From Candidatus Krumholzibacteriales bacterium (GTDB lineage: Bacteria > Krumholzibacteriota > Krumholzibacteriia > Krumholzibacteriales > WJIX01): 52,733 nt of DNA. Positions 8,947 to 19,608 of this stretch are shown in pieces. The translations under genes and the position numbers were made by a program. Positions within the stretch are counted from its first letter, which is position 1. The number at the start of each line of letters is the position of its first letter. The notes beneath the pieces are model-generated. The model ran no database searches. It was not told where the DNA came from and saw only the letters and a program-made list of their open reading frames with translations. Location: positions 1 to 52,733 of the forward strand of contig JAWODM010000020.1 of the NCBI GenBank assembly GCA_046483305.1. Direction: 5' to 3'.

Positions 8947-9771
8947 ATGAATAAGATTATTGATAAGAGGTTTATTACGCCCGAACTTTTCGAGATGAAG
9001 GTAGAAGCGCCGGAGATAGCCTCAAAGAGAGAGGCCGGGCAGTTCATTATTCTCAAGGTGGATGAAAACGGAGAGAGAATTCCTCTGACCATAGCGGACG
9101 GCAGCGAGGAAGAAGGCTGGATTCAGCTGGTGGTCCAGGTGGTGGGCAAAACCACTTCGCTTCTCTCCAAACTGGAGGCGGGGGATGAGATAATGGACCT
9201 GGTGGGGCCCCTGGGCAAGCCGACCCATATCAAGGAATACGGAACGGTGGTAATGGTAGGGGGCGGTGTCGGAATAGCGCCGGCTCATCCGATAGCGCAG
9301 GCGATGAAGAACGCGGGCAACAAAGTGATATCAATTCTGGGCGGAAGAACCAAACAGCTGGTGATCATGGAAGATAAGATGAGGGCGGCCAGCGACCGGG
9401 TGATAATAACAACCGATGACGGTTCTTACGGGATGAAGGGGTTTGTGACCGACGCCCTTAAGAATCTGATAGATGAGGGAACTTCCATAAACCTGGTGGT
9501 GGCGGTGGGCCCTCCCATAATGATGAAGTTCGTCAGTAGAATGACTGAAAAATATGAGATACCTACCCTGGTCAGTCTGAATACCATAATGGTGGACGGA
9601 ACCGGAATGTGCGGATGCTGCCGGGTAAGCGTTGGCGACGATACCAGGTTTGTTTGTGTGGACGGGCCGGAGTTCGACGGCCACAAGGTCAATTTCGATG
9701 AAATGATGCAGAGGATGAAGATGTACGAGGTCCAGGAAAAGGAATCGATGAAGAATTACGAATCTGAATAA
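8947..9771 (+). CDS. nfnA: NfnA/SudB-like FAD and [2Fe-2S] subunit of electron-bifurcating transhydrogenase
   Basis: GERIPLTIAD, GPLG, GGGVG, MVDGTGMCGCCRV, CVDGPEFDGH. Confidence 0.88.
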   Translation: MNKIIDKRFITPELFEMKVEAPEIASKREAGQFIILKVDENGERIPLTIADGSEEEGWIQLVVQVVGKTTSLLSKLEAGDEIMDLVGPLGKPTHIKEYGTVVMVGGGVGIAPAHPIAQAMKNAGNKVISILGGRTKQLVIMEDKMRAASDRVIITTDDGSYGMKGFVTDALKNLIDEGTSINLVVAVGPPIMMKFVSRMTEKYEIPTLVSLNTIMVDGTGMCGCCRVSVGDDTRFVCVDGPEFDGHKVNFDEMMQRMKMYEVQEKESMKNYESE

Positions 9772-9807
9772 TCGAAGGAGGTTTCGGCCGCGCCGGCCGG
9801 TTATATT

Positions 9808-11244
9808 ATGAGCGATAAGGAACTTACTCCCAAGGAAAGATTGCAGATACCCCCGCAGAAAATGCCGGAACAGAAAGCAGAGCAGCGGATACATAACGTT
9901 AACGAAGTTCCTTACGGATATACCAGGGAGCTTGCCATGCGGGAGGCCGAGCGTTGCCTGAAGTGCAAGAATTCACCCTGTGTGAAGGGATGCCCGGTTG
10001 AGATCGATATACCCTCATTTATAGAGGCCATAGCGGAGGGTGATTTCAGAAAATCGATTGATGTAATCAAGCAGACCAATATTCTGCCGGCGATATGCGG
10101 AAGGGTCTGCCCCCAGGAAGAGCAGTGCCAGCTGTACTGCGTGGTGGGCAAGAGCCACAGGACGGTGGAAAAGGCTGTGCAGGTAGGCAAACTGGAAAGG
10201 TTCGTGGCTGACTGGGAGAGGGATGAAGACCAGATTCATGTTCCGGAGATCAAGAAGAGCACCGGCAAGAAAGTGGCGGTGGTCGGTTCCGGGCCCGCCG
10301 GGCTGACCGTGGCGGCGGATGTTAGAAGGCAGGGGCACGAAGTCACGGTGTTCGAGGCCCTGCATAAACCGGGAGGAGTGCTGATTTACGGTATACCAGA
10401 ATTCCGGCTTCCCAAGAAGATCGTTACGGAGGAAGTCGAGAACCTGGAAGAGATGGACGTGGATGTCCAGTATAACCGGGTTATCGGCAAGATATTCAGC
10501 ATTGACGACCTGTTCGAGATGGGTTTCGATGCGGTATTCATTGGTACCGGGGCAGGGCTCCCCAACTTCATGGGTATCGAGGGAGAGAACCTCAACGGAG
10601 TCTATTCCGCCAACGAATACCTCACCAGGGCGAACCTGATGAAGGCATACTCATTCCCCGAAACTGATACACCGATCGCCCGCTCCAGTAACGTGGCTGT
10701 AGTGGGAGGGGGTAACGTGGCGATGGATGCGGCCAGGACCGCCCTTCGCCTGGGAGCGGATAATGTCTACCTGGTCTACAGAAGGGCCAGGGAGCAGATG
10801 CCGGCCAGGGTAGAAGAGGTAGAACATGCCGAGGAAGAAGGGGTCCAGTTCAACCTGCTCCGGAATCCGGTACGTATTATCGGAGACGAAAACGGCTGGG
10901 TGAAAGAGGTGGAGTGCATAAAGATGGAGCTGGGAGAGCCGGACGACTCCGGCAGAAGGCGCCCCATCCCGATCGAGGGCAGCGAATTCAGGTTCAAGGT
11001 GGATACCTACATAGTGGCGATAGGAAACTCCTCCAACCCGCTGATACCGGATACAACTCCCGATATCGAAACCAACCGGTGGGGAAATATCGTGGTTGAT
11101 GAGAAGACCATGAAGACCAGCAAGAAGGGCGTCTTCTCCGGCGGAGATATAGTTCTCGGAGCCGCCACTGTGATTCTGGCGATGGGCCAGGGACGGAAAG
11201 CGGCCGCCGCGATCAACGAATATCTGAAAACCGGCCGCTGGTAG
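9808..11244 (+). CDS. nfnB: NfnB/SudA (glutamate synthase small-subunit-like NADPH oxidoreductase)
   Basis: EAERCLKCKNSPCVKGCP, CGRVCPQEEQC, GSGPAG, YGIPEFRLP, GAATVILAMG; paired with nfnA and no gltB nearby. Confidence 0.88.
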   Translation: MSDKELTPKERLQIPPQKMPEQKAEQRIHNVNEVPYGYTRELAMREAERCLKCKNSPCVKGCPVEIDIPSFIEAIAEGDFRKSIDVIKQTNILPAICGRVCPQEEQCQLYCVVGKSHRTVEKAVQVGKLERFVADWERDEDQIHVPEIKKSTGKKVAVVGSGPAGLTVAADVRRQGHEVTVFEALHKPGGVLIYGIPEFRLPKKIVTEEVENLEEMDVDVQYNRVIGKIFSIDDLFEMGFDAVFIGTGAGLPNFMGIEGENLNGVYSANEYLTRANLMKAYSFPETDTPIARSSNVAVVGGGNVAMDAARTALRLGADNVYLVYRRAREQMPARVEEVEHAEEEGVQFNLLRNPVRIIGDENGWVKEVECIKMELGEPDDSGRRRPIPIEGSEFRFKVDTYIVAIGNSSNPLIPDTTPDIETNRWGNIVVDEKTMKTSKKGVFSGGDIVLGAATVILAMGQGRKAAAAINEYLKTGRW

Positions 11245-11247
11245 AAA

Positions 11248-11892
11248 TCACATGGGGTAGACGCTTATAACGCCCTCAATGGAAGATAATTTCTTTATCA
11301 GTTTATTGAGTTCCTTCTTGGAAGCGGTATACTCGAAGATAGTTATCAGCTTCCGCTCTTCGGACTGATACCTCAGGTCCTCTCTCGGGATATTCCTCTT
11401 CTGGATATGCTCTTTGACCATCGAAGGCGCCATGCTGGATTTGTCCATTTCAACATATATCCTGACGGTGGTCCTTCGGGAGATAATGTATGATTCCAGA
11501 TATCTTATCAGAATCAGAACGATAACTATCGCCACGGTGCCTAACAGGGCCAGGGTATAGTAACCGGCCCCGGTGGCCAGCCCCAGCGCGGAAAGCACCC
11601 AGATGGTTGCCGCCGTGGTAAGCCCCGAGATGGAGAACCTGCTGCGCATTATGGTACCGGCGCAGAGAAAACCAACCCCGGTAACTACCTGGGCGGCGAT
11701 TCTGCCGGGATCGGCTATATTGCCGGATTCCCTGGCGACCTTCAGAGAGATGATCATTATCAGGCATGATCCCACACACATCAGGATATTGGTACGGAGC
11801 CCTGCCGGTTTGCCCTGAAATTCTCTCTCCAGCCCCACTATCATTCCTATTATCAGAGCCGCCCCAATCCTCAGAGAATATTCCAGTAACAC
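11248..11892 (-). CDS. MgtC/SapB family membrane protein
   Basis: GLERE..GKPAGLRT, DPGRIAAQVVTGVGFL, GLTTAATIW. Confidence 0.93.
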   Translation of the reverse strand: MLLEYSLRIGAALIIGMIVGLEREFQGKPAGLRTNILMCVGSCLIMIISLKVARESGNIADPGRIAAQVVTGVGFLCAGTIMRSRFSISGLTTAATIWVLSALGLATGAGYYTLALLGTVAIVIVLILIRYLESYIISRRTTVRIYVEMDKSSMAPSMVKEHIQKRNIPREDLRYQSEERKLITIFEYTASKKELNKLIKKLSSIEGVISVYPM

Positions 11893-12079
11893 CCTGCTCC
11901 TCCTCTTTGATATTCCGGTCTGGATTATTTATTACTTTATTAGTAGATTATACCAGTTGCAGTTTATGTCAAGAAAGATTGAACACTGCCGGAGGCATTG
12001 ATAATATAATGTTACCGGGAAAGGCTTGGGGGAAATTCCCTTTTACGAATACAGCACTTGAAGGGAAGAGATAAGAATA

Positions 12080-14410
12080 ATGGACTGGGACCGGGCGATA
12101 TCAGATATATCCATCGGCAGCGGCAGGATGAGGCTCCGGCTTGTGGTGGGGGGGCGAGTGCAGGGAGTAGGGTTCAGGCCAACAGTATACCGTTATGCCG
12201 TTGAAAACAGGCTGGCCGGTTCAGTGGCGAATACATCTGACGGAGTGGTGATAGAGGTAGAGGGCGCCGGGGATGATATCGACAGTTTCGGCAGGGCTCT
12301 GACCGGCACCCCCCCGCCGCTTGCAGTGATAGATTCTCTGGAAGTATCAGAAGTCGGTGTGGCGGGACAGGAGGAGTTCAGTATCGATCTGAGCAGGGGC
12401 GGCGAGAAGACCAGGGTCCTCTTTCCGGTGGATGCCGCTGTCTGCGGCGACTGCCTGGCGGAGATGAAAGACCCGGATGACCGGAGATACAGATATCCCT
12501 TTATCAACTGCACCAATTGCGGGCCCAGGTTTACCATAATCCGGGGGCTCCCTTACGACAGGCACTATACTACCATGGATGAGTTTGAGATGGATGGTTA
12601 CTGCCGGTCTCAGTACAGGGATCCGATGGACAGAAGATTTCACGCCGAACCTATCTCCTGTCCCGGGTGTGGGCCTTCCCTGGAGCTGATAGACGCCCGG
12701 GGAAACAGAATAGATGGCGACCCGGTCGAAGAAACGGTGCGGTTGATAACCGGAGGGGCTATAGCGGCTGTCAAGGGGCTGGGAGGGTATCACCTCAGCT
12801 GCCTGGCAACCGATGAGGGAGCGGTTCAGACGCTCCGGGACAGGAAGAAGAGGCCGGCCAAACCTTTTGCACTGATGTTCAGGGATATGGAAACAGTCCG
12901 AAGATATTGCCTGGCCGGGCGGGAAGAAGAGGCGCTTCTTCAATCTCCCAGGGCGCCGATAGTGCTTCTCAGAAAAAGAGGCAACGGGCTGCCGGAGATT
13001 GTAGCTCCCCGGAACGGTTATCTGGGGGCATTTCTCCCGTATACCCCGCTTCACCACCTCATCCTGGAGAATACCGGGGTGCTGGTGATGACTTCCGCCA
13101 ATTTCACCGACGAGCCGCTGATATCTACAGAGCGGGAACTGGAAGAGATTCTGGGGACAATAGCCGATATCGCTCTGACCAACAACCGGAAGATAGCGCA
13201 CAAGTGCGATGATTCGATATTTTTTGTGCCCTCAGGGAAACCTGTACCTGTTAGAAGAGCAAGGGGTTATGTCCCCGAGCCGGTGACCGCCGCAATTCCA
13301 TGCCCGGCCCCGGTACTAGCGCTGGGGGGGCAGGAGAAAGGCGCCTTCGCTCTCAGCAGGGACGATCAGGTTTTTGTCTCATCTCACATGGGAGACCTGG
13401 GAGATATCCGGAGCCAGGAAAACTTCCGTTACGAGCTGAGCCGTTTCCGCGACCTGCTGGAGATTGAACCGGAGGCGGCGGCCTGCGATATGCACCCCGA
13501 TTATTTTACTACCCAGCTGGCTCTGGAACTGGGCATAGAGCCGCTAATCAGGGTTCAGCACCACCATGCCCACGCGGTAAGCGTTATGGCCGAGTACGGA
13601 CTTAAAGGGCCGGTGATAGGGGTTGTTTTCGACGGTACCGGGTATGGCGCGGATGGAAATCTCTGGGGCGGCGAATTCCTGCTGGCCGGATACCATGACT
13701 TTGAGAGACTGGCCCACATCAAGAATCTTCCCCTGCCGGGTGGCGAGATGGCGGTTGCTCAGCCCTGGCGAATGGCCCTGATGCACCTCTGGAACCTTCA
13801 TGGAGATGAGGTTCTGGATAAGCCGGCAATCGCAAAGCTGTTCCCCGGCAGAAGAGAGGCGGAAATTATCCTCGATATGGCGGCGCGCGGCGTTAACGCC
13901 CTGCCCACTTCCAGCATCGGGAGGCTCTTCGATGCCGCGGCTTACCTCTTGTGCGGTACGGGGGAGGTCTCTTTCGAGGCCGAAGCGGCTATAGCGCTGG
14001 AAGCGATGGCCCTGGAGGCCGGAAAGCCGGCCGGCCGGTACCGGAGTTCCATCGACTGGACCTCGGGGATTATAGATCCGGCGCCGGTGGTCGCCGGGAT
14101 TATGGACGACCTGGAAAGAGGAGCCGATCCGGCCCGGATAGCGCTCTCTTTTCACATCAGTATGGCGGAGATGGTAACAGAGGCCATCGGGGAGCTCTCC
14201 GGAAGGCACCGCTGCGGGGATGCTGTTTTCTCCGGCGGAGTATTCCAGAACAGGCTTCTCTGCGAGCTGCTTCTGGCGGAAACCGCAAAACTCGATATTA
14301 ATTGTTATTTTCACAGGGATGTGCCGCCTAATGACGGCGGCGTCTCGCTGGGCCAGCAGCAGGTTGCGGCGGCGAGGATAACTGGCGCGGAGGCTGTTAA
14401 GGGGATTTGA
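12080..14410 (+). CDS. hypF: Carbamoyltransferase HypF
   Basis: GRVQGVGFRP acylphosphatase domain, two CxxC zinc fingers, KGLGGYHL, QHHHAH, PPNDGGVSLGQ. Confidence 0.96.
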   Translation: MDWDRAISDISIGSGRMRLRLVVGGRVQGVGFRPTVYRYAVENRLAGSVANTSDGVVIEVEGAGDDIDSFGRALTGTPPPLAVIDSLEVSEVGVAGQEEFSIDLSRGGEKTRVLFPVDAAVCGDCLAEMKDPDDRRYRYPFINCTNCGPRFTIIRGLPYDRHYTTMDEFEMDGYCRSQYRDPMDRRFHAEPISCPGCGPSLELIDARGNRIDGDPVEETVRLITGGAIAAVKGLGGYHLSCLATDEGAVQTLRDRKKRPAKPFALMFRDMETVRRYCLAGREEEALLQSPRAPIVLLRKRGNGLPEIVAPRNGYLGAFLPYTPLHHLILENTGVLVMTSANFTDEPLISTERELEEILGTIADIALTNNRKIAHKCDDSIFFVPSGKPVPVRRARGYVPEPVTAAIPCPAPVLALGGQEKGAFALSRDDQVFVSSHMGDLGDIRSQENFRYELSRFRDLLEIEPEAAACDMHPDYFTTQLALELGIEPLIRVQHHHAHAVSVMAEYGLKGPVIGVVFDGTGYGADGNLWGGEFLLAGYHDFERLAHIKNLPLPGGEMAVAQPWRMALMHLWNLHGDEVLDKPAIAKLFPGRREAEIILDMAARGVNALPTSSIGRLFDAAAYLLCGTGEVSFEAEAAIALEAMALEAGKPAGRYRSSIDWTSGIIDPAPVVAGIMDDLERGADPARIALSFHISMAEMVTEAIGELSGRHRCGDAVFSGGVFQNRLLCELLLAETAKLDINCYFHRDVPPNDGGVSLGQQQVAAARITGAEAVKGI

Positions 14411-14441
14411 AAATACTTTATTCCAACAGGGAGGTAAGTCA

Positions 14442-15458
14442 GTGAAAGGCGGCAAGGAAAGCGACAGGGTGCTTCTGGCTCACGGCGGGGGCGGAGTGAT
14501 GATGAGAGAGCTTATATCGGCGCTCAGAGAAAGTCTGGGCTCCAGCCCGGAATCACTTCAGGACAGCGCGGTGCTGGACCTGGACAGCCCCAGAATAGCA
14601 TTTACTACTGACTCTTTCGTGGTAAAACCGCTCTTTTTCCCGGGCGGCGATATAGGGCATCTGGCGGTTTGCGGCACGGTAAACGACCTGGCGGTAAGCG
14701 GGGCCCGCCCGCTCTATCTATCTCTATCCTACATAATTGAAGAAGGTTTTTCCCGGGAGAAGCTGGAGAAGATAACCAGATCAGTCATGAAAGCTTCCGA
14801 AGAGGCGGGGGTGGAGGTGGTGACCGGCGATACCAAGGTGGTCCAGCGGGGTATGGCTGACGGTATATTTATTAATACGGCGGGAATAGGTTTAGTTCAG
14901 GAAGGCCTGGATCTTTCCTCAGCCAACGCCAGGGATGGAGATGCGGTTATAATAAACGGCTCCGTCGGAGACCACGGCCTGGCTATCCTCAGCCTCCGGG
15001 AAGGGATAGATTTCGGAAGCGGGCTGGAGAGCGATACAGCCCCCCTTAACAGGATAATCTCCGGCCTGGTCGGCCGATTTGACGGAATCAGGTGCATGCG
15101 CGACGCCACCAGGGGAGGTATAGCCGCTGTTCTCAACGAGATAGCCTCCGATTCGGGGGTCAGTATCAGGATAGAAGAGGAACTGATACCGGTAAAGGAT
15201 GCCGTGCGGTCCGGCTGTGAGCTGATGGGGTACGAGCCGCTGCATATAGCGAACGAGGGCAAATTTGTTCTGATAGCGGAAAGGGAGCAGGCCGGGGATA
15301 TCCTGGACGCGATGAGGGAACATCCGCTGGGAGAGCAGTCGCAGATAATCGGACGGGTATCATCTTCGCCCGCCGGCAAAGTAGTCATGCGAACAGATAT
15401 CGGTGGAGAAAGAGTGGTTGATTTTCCTTACGGAGATATTCTTCCCCGGATATGCTGA
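14442..15458 (+). CDS. hypE: Hydrogenase maturation factor HypE
   Basis: HGGGG, FTTDSFVV.PLFFPGGDIG.LAVCGTVNDL, C-terminal LPRIC. Confidence 0.96.
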   Translation: MKGGKESDRVLLAHGGGGVMMRELISALRESLGSSPESLQDSAVLDLDSPRIAFTTDSFVVKPLFFPGGDIGHLAVCGTVNDLAVSGARPLYLSLSYIIEEGFSREKLEKITRSVMKASEEAGVEVVTGDTKVVQRGMADGIFINTAGIGLVQEGLDLSSANARDGDAVIINGSVGDHGLAILSLREGIDFGSGLESDTAPLNRIISGLVGRFDGIRCMRDATRGGIAAVLNEIASDSGVSIRIEEELIPVKDAVRSGCELMGYEPLHIANEGKFVLIAEREQAGDILDAMREHPLGEQSQIIGRVSSSPAGKVVMRTDIGGERVVDFPYGDILPRIC

Positions 15459-15528
15459 CCCGCCTTTACCTTAAAAGCCGGTTTAAACTTTGTGTTGCCG
15501 ATGGCCGGTAAGTTAATTATTATAGACT

Positions 15529-16338
15529 ATGTTTGACTATCATCTTCATACCAATTTCTGCGGGCACGGCAAAGGGGAACCTGCCGATTACGTCAGGGCC
15601 GCCATTGACCGGGGGTACCGGGAGATAGGTTTCAGCTGCCACCTGCCCAAACTCGATGTTCCCGACCCCTACCACGCCATGCCCAGATACATGCTTCCGG
15701 TTTATTTCGATAAACTGAGGGCCCTCCAGAAGGAGTACGCCGGGGACATAAGGATTAAGATAGGTATCGAGGCTGATTATCTGGAAGGGTATGAAGAGAT
15801 GACTTCCTATCTTCTCGCCTCTTTCCCCTTTGATTATGTTTTCGGTTCGGTTCATTTCCTGGACGGCTGGCATTTTACCAGCCGGGAAGGGCGGGACAGA
15901 TACGATACCATGAATCCGGTTGAAGTCTTCCCCCGATATTTTGAAGAGGTGAGAAAAGTAATAGAAACGGGGCTGTTCGATATCCTTTCTCATCCGGATG
16001 CGATCAGAAAAGAGTACTTTCAGCCGGTGAAGCCGCTGGACGGAGAGTACGCCGGGGTAGCCGATCTTCTCAATGAAAAGGGGATGTCGATAGAGATTAA
16101 TACTGCCGGGCTTCGAAGAGAAGCCGGTTTCATATACCCGGACCGGGATTTTCTCAGGACCTGCCTGGACAGGGGGGTTCCGGTTACCATAGGTTCGGAC
16201 GCCCACAAGCCGGAAGACCTGGGAAGAGATTTCGACAGGGTAAGAGAAATTCTCGCCGGATCGGATAAAGGGAATATTGCGGCCTACAGCCGCAGAAAGA
16301 GAACATTGATACCGTTTTCCGAGTTTACGGCTGGGTGA
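15529..16338 (+). CDS. PHP-family histidinol-phosphatase (HisJ/HisK type)
   Basis: DYHLHT..CGH, GSVH, HPD, EINTAG, GSDAH. Confidence 0.85.
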   Translation: MFDYHLHTNFCGHGKGEPADYVRAAIDRGYREIGFSCHLPKLDVPDPYHAMPRYMLPVYFDKLRALQKEYAGDIRIKIGIEADYLEGYEEMTSYLLASFPFDYVFGSVHFLDGWHFTSREGRDRYDTMNPVEVFPRYFEEVRKVIETGLFDILSHPDAIRKEYFQPVKPLDGEYAGVADLLNEKGMSIEINTAGLRREAGFIYPDRDFLRTCLDRGVPVTIGSDAHKPEDLGRDFDRVREILAGSDKGNIAAYSRRKRTLIPFSEFTAG

Positions 16339-16354
16339 ATATTCAGCTCTATTC

Positions 16355-16383
16355 TTGACAGCGGTATTGATAGCGGGTATTGT
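16355..16383 (+). promoter_or_regulatory. sigma70 promoter of guaB
   Basis: TTGACA-17 nt-TATTGT. Confidence 0.6.
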
Positions 16384-16487
16384 GCATAGACAATATCCCG
16401 CTACAGCCGGGAAATATTTTAAGCCGGCTGCCCTTTCAGCCTTGAATATGAGAGGAGGGAGAGGGGGCTGAGCCTCCCTCGACGATT

Positions 16488-17960
16488 ATGAAATTCAGCG
16501 AAAAGATTTCTAAAAAAGGGATTACGTTCGATGATGTTCTGCTTATCCCCGCCAAATCAGATATCCATCCCAGGGATACCAACGTGGAGACCAGGCTTAC
16601 CACCGACATCGATATAAATATACCCCTGGTTTCGGCAGCCATGGACACAGTCACCGAATATGAACTCGCCATAGCACTGGCCCGGGAGGGCGGCGTAGGG
16701 ATCATACACAAGAACTTCAGCATAGAGGAGCAGGCGGAGCAGGTGGACAGGGTAAAGAGGAGCGAGAGCGGACTGATATCCAACCCGGTAACCTTCTCCC
16801 CGGATCAGAAGATCAGAGAAGCCATAGAGGTTATGAAGAAATACGACATATCAGGTCTTCCCATAATCAAGGACGGGGTACTGGTGGGTATTCTGACCAA
16901 CCGCGATCTCAGATATCTTGAAAGAGATGACATAAAAGTAAGTGAAGTAATGACTTCTGAGAACCTGATCACCGCTTCCGAGGGTATAGAAATGAAGGAG
17001 GCGATGAGAATCCTCCATACCAACAGGATCGAGAAGCTCCCGGTGGTTGACAGCAGGAACCGGTTGAAGGGGCTGATAACCGCCAAGGACATTCAGAAGA
17101 GAAAGGACTATCCCAACTCCTGCAAGGATGAGAACGGGAGGCTCCGGGTAGGAGCGGCGGTGGGGGTGGAGAAGAGCTCCATGGAGAGGGTGGAAGCCCT
17201 GGTGGGGGTCGACGCCGATCTGATAGTGATCGATACCGCGCACGCGCATTCCAGGGGAGTGTTCGACAAGCTCAAGCAGATCAGGAAGAAATTCAGCGAT
17301 ATTCAGATCGTGGTGGGTAATATCGCCACCGCGGAAGCGGTCCGGGACCTGATGGAGTTGGGCGTCAACGCGCTTAAGGTAGGGATAGGCGCGGGAGCTA
17401 TCTGCACCACCAGGGTGATAGCGGGAATAGGGGTCCCCCAGGTGACCGCAATAATGGACTGCGCGGAAGTTGCCCGCAAAGCCGGGATCCCCCTGATAGC
17501 GGACGGGGGAATAAAGTATTCCGGAGACGTGGTAAAGGCGATAGTCTCCGGAGCAGATTCGGTAATGATAGGATCCCTTTTCGCCGGCACCGACGAAAGT
17601 CCCGGAGAGATGATCTATCACCGGGGAAAGAGCTTCAAGCATTACCGGGGTATGGGATCGATAGGCGCCATGAAGGACGGAAGCAGGGACAGATATTTCC
17701 AGGAGGATGTCTGGGAAGAGAGCAAGCTGGTAGCGGAGGGGATCGAGGGAAGAGTTTCCTACAAGGGAAGCCTGTCCAGCAATGTCACCCAGCTCCTGGG
17801 AGGCCTCAGAAGCGGGATGGGTTACTGCGGTGCGGGGACCATAAAAGAACTGATAGAAAGTGGCCGTTTTGTACAGATTACCCAGTCGGGGCTTCGGGAA
17901 AGCCATCCCCATGACGTTGTGATAAGCAAGGAAGCTCCAAATTATAGAAGTAGCGTATGA
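16488..17960 (+). CDS. guaB: IMP dehydrogenase
   Basis: [21 protein letters not shown] pair, [16 protein letters not shown]. Confidence 0.98.
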   Translation: MKFSEKISKKGITFDDVLLIPAKSDIHPRDTNVETRLTTDIDINIPLVSAAMDTVTEYELAIALAREGGVGIIHKNFSIEEQAEQVDRVKRSESGLISNPVTFSPDQKIREAIEVMKKYDISGLPIIKDGVLVGILTNRDLRYLERDDIKVSEVMTSENLITASEGIEMKEAMRILHTNRIEKLPVVDSRNRLKGLITAKDIQKRKDYPNSCKDENGRLRVGAAVGVEKSSMERVEALVGVDADLIVIDTAHAHSRGVFDKLKQIRKKFSDIQIVVGNIATAEAVRDLMELGVNALKVGIGAGAICTTRVIAGIGVPQVTAIMDCAEVARKAGIPLIADGGIKYSGDVVKAIVSGADSVMIGSLFAGTDESPGEMIYHRGKSFKHYRGMGSIGAMKDGSRDRYFQEDVWEESKLVAEGIEGRVSYKGSLSSNVTQLLGGLRSGMGYCGAGTIKELIESGRFVQITQSGLRESHPHDVVISKEAPNYRSSV

Positions 17961-18679
17961 AATTTCATGACAGGGATTTAAGCAGCTTCAACAAGACCCG
18001 GCGAAATACCGAAGGATTAAGAGATTCCTGCAGCCATCTCGGTATAGACCTCTTTTCCACCGCACCCGTAACGCCGGAAGACAGAAGAAATTTCCACGAA
18101 TCGATAAGAGAAATCTCCGAATCGATGGATTATGCGGTGGTTATCGGTATCAGGCTCTCCGACCCGGTTCTGGAGACCATACAGGACGCTCCGACCTGGA
18201 CATACTACTATCATTACCGCCAGGTCAATTACGCTCTGGATAACGCGGCGTTGTTTATTTCGAGCCGCTGCCACAGCATGGGCTTCAGGGCTCTGCCGAT
18301 TCCGGCGTCCCAGATTATGGACTGGACCAGGCTGAGCGCCCACCTCTCTCACCGGCACATGGCTGAAAATGCCGGGCTTGGGTGGAGGGGGCGGAACAAC
18401 CTGCTGGTCAATCCGGATTACGGCGCCTGCGTCAGGTACGCTACTGTCCTTACCGATATGCCTCTGTCATATCCGGAAGAAACCGGAGGATTCGAAGGAT
18501 GCGCGGACTGCCGGGATTGTGTGGAGGCCTGCCCGGCGGGAGCTATCAAGGATGACCTCCGGGATTTCTCGGTAGACAGATGCGCCGCCCAGCTGAGGAG
18601 ATTTTCAAAAAGCGAAAAGTTGAATACCATGATCTGCGGGATCTGTGTTAAAGTGTGCAAGGGTAAACTTAATGAATGA
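17957..18679 (+). CDS. QueG/reductive-dehalogenase-like 4Fe-4S protein
   Basis: SHRHMAENAGLGWRGRNNLLVNPDYG, CADCRDCVEACP, C...CGICVKVC. Confidence 0.75.
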   Translation: MKFHDRDLSSFNKTRRNTEGLRDSCSHLGIDLFSTAPVTPEDRRNFHESIREISESMDYAVVIGIRLSDPVLETIQDAPTWTYYYHYRQVNYALDNAALFISSRCHSMGFRALPIPASQIMDWTRLSAHLSHRHMAENAGLGWRGRNNLLVNPDYGACVRYATVLTDMPLSYPEETGGFEGCADCRDCVEACPAGAIKDDLRDFSVDRCAAQLRRFSKSEKLNTMICGICVKVCKGKLNE

Positions 18680-18702
18680 CTTAACCATGGAGTGACAACC
18701 AA

Positions 18703-19608
18703 TTGAAGGTAATCGACAGAATCAATTATTCGATATGGGAACTGAGTTCGGAGATAGATAAGTATCCCGGGGACCTCTCCATCAGGAAGAGATTGCTGGA
18801 ATCATTTCTGGAAAACAAGATGTACATCGAGAGAAAGAACAATGTCCCGGTGGACCACAGGTCTTTCATGATGCTTCAGGACAAAGTCTCGGATATTTGT
18901 CTGCTTATTCACGGGGCGGGGGGTTCTCCCGCCGAGATGAAGGAATTCGGCAAATACCTGTTCGAGAGGGGCCACTCCGTCTGCGCTGTCCGCCTCCCGC
19001 TCAATACTGAAATGAAAAGGAGCGGGATGACTTCCTATCTCCGCAGCAGGCTGACCGGGAAGATGGAATATGGCGGCCCGGGAAGGAAATCCACGAACAG
19101 GAACTCCTGGTCGGCCGCTCTCTCCGATATGGAGGTTGCCTACGAGACCTGCAGCCGCTGCTGCGACAGTGTTAACGTGATAGGGTTCAGTTTCGGGGGG
19201 CTGATAGCCCTCAATATGATGAAAGAGTATGATATCCCGAAAACGGTGCTGATAGCGCCGGCGCTCTATCCCCGTGAGAAGGGAGGGATAAGGTTTTCAT
19301 TGATGCTCAAGGCCGTTCCGTCGCTGGCCCAATGGTCCGACCCGGTTAAATTCACCATAGCGGATCTGATAGCCAGAACCAGGAAAAAGGTCGACGGTAT
19401 CGATCAGCCCTTCCTGATGATTCAGTCGGTGGATGATCCGGTCCTCTCCCTGAAGGGGTACGGTTTTCTTAAGAAACACTGCAAAAACAGAAACAGCGAG
19501 TTTGTTCTCTATGAAAAGGGCGGCCATGTGCTTGTCACCGGCGAGGTTGCGGAGGAAGTTTTCAGGGAAACGGAAAAGTTTCTGAGAGAGAGCTTCAGTC
19601 GATCCTGA
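18703..19608 (+). CDS. Alpha/beta hydrolase (carboxylesterase-like)
   Basis: LLIHG, GFSFGG nucleophile elbow, DD acid, GGH catalytic His. Confidence 0.85.
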   Translation: MKVIDRINYSIWELSSEIDKYPGDLSIRKRLLESFLENKMYIERKNNVPVDHRSFMMLQDKVSDICLLIHGAGGSPAEMKEFGKYLFERGHSVCAVRLPLNTEMKRSGMTSYLRSRLTGKMEYGGPGRKSTNRNSWSAALSDMEVAYETCSRCCDSVNVIGFSFGGLIALNMMKEYDIPKTVLIAPALYPREKGGIRFSLMLKAVPSLAQWSDPVKFTIADLIARTRKKVDGIDQPFLMIQSVDDPVLSLKGYGFLKKHCKNRNSEFVLYEKGGHVLVTGEVAEEVFRETEKFLRESFSRS

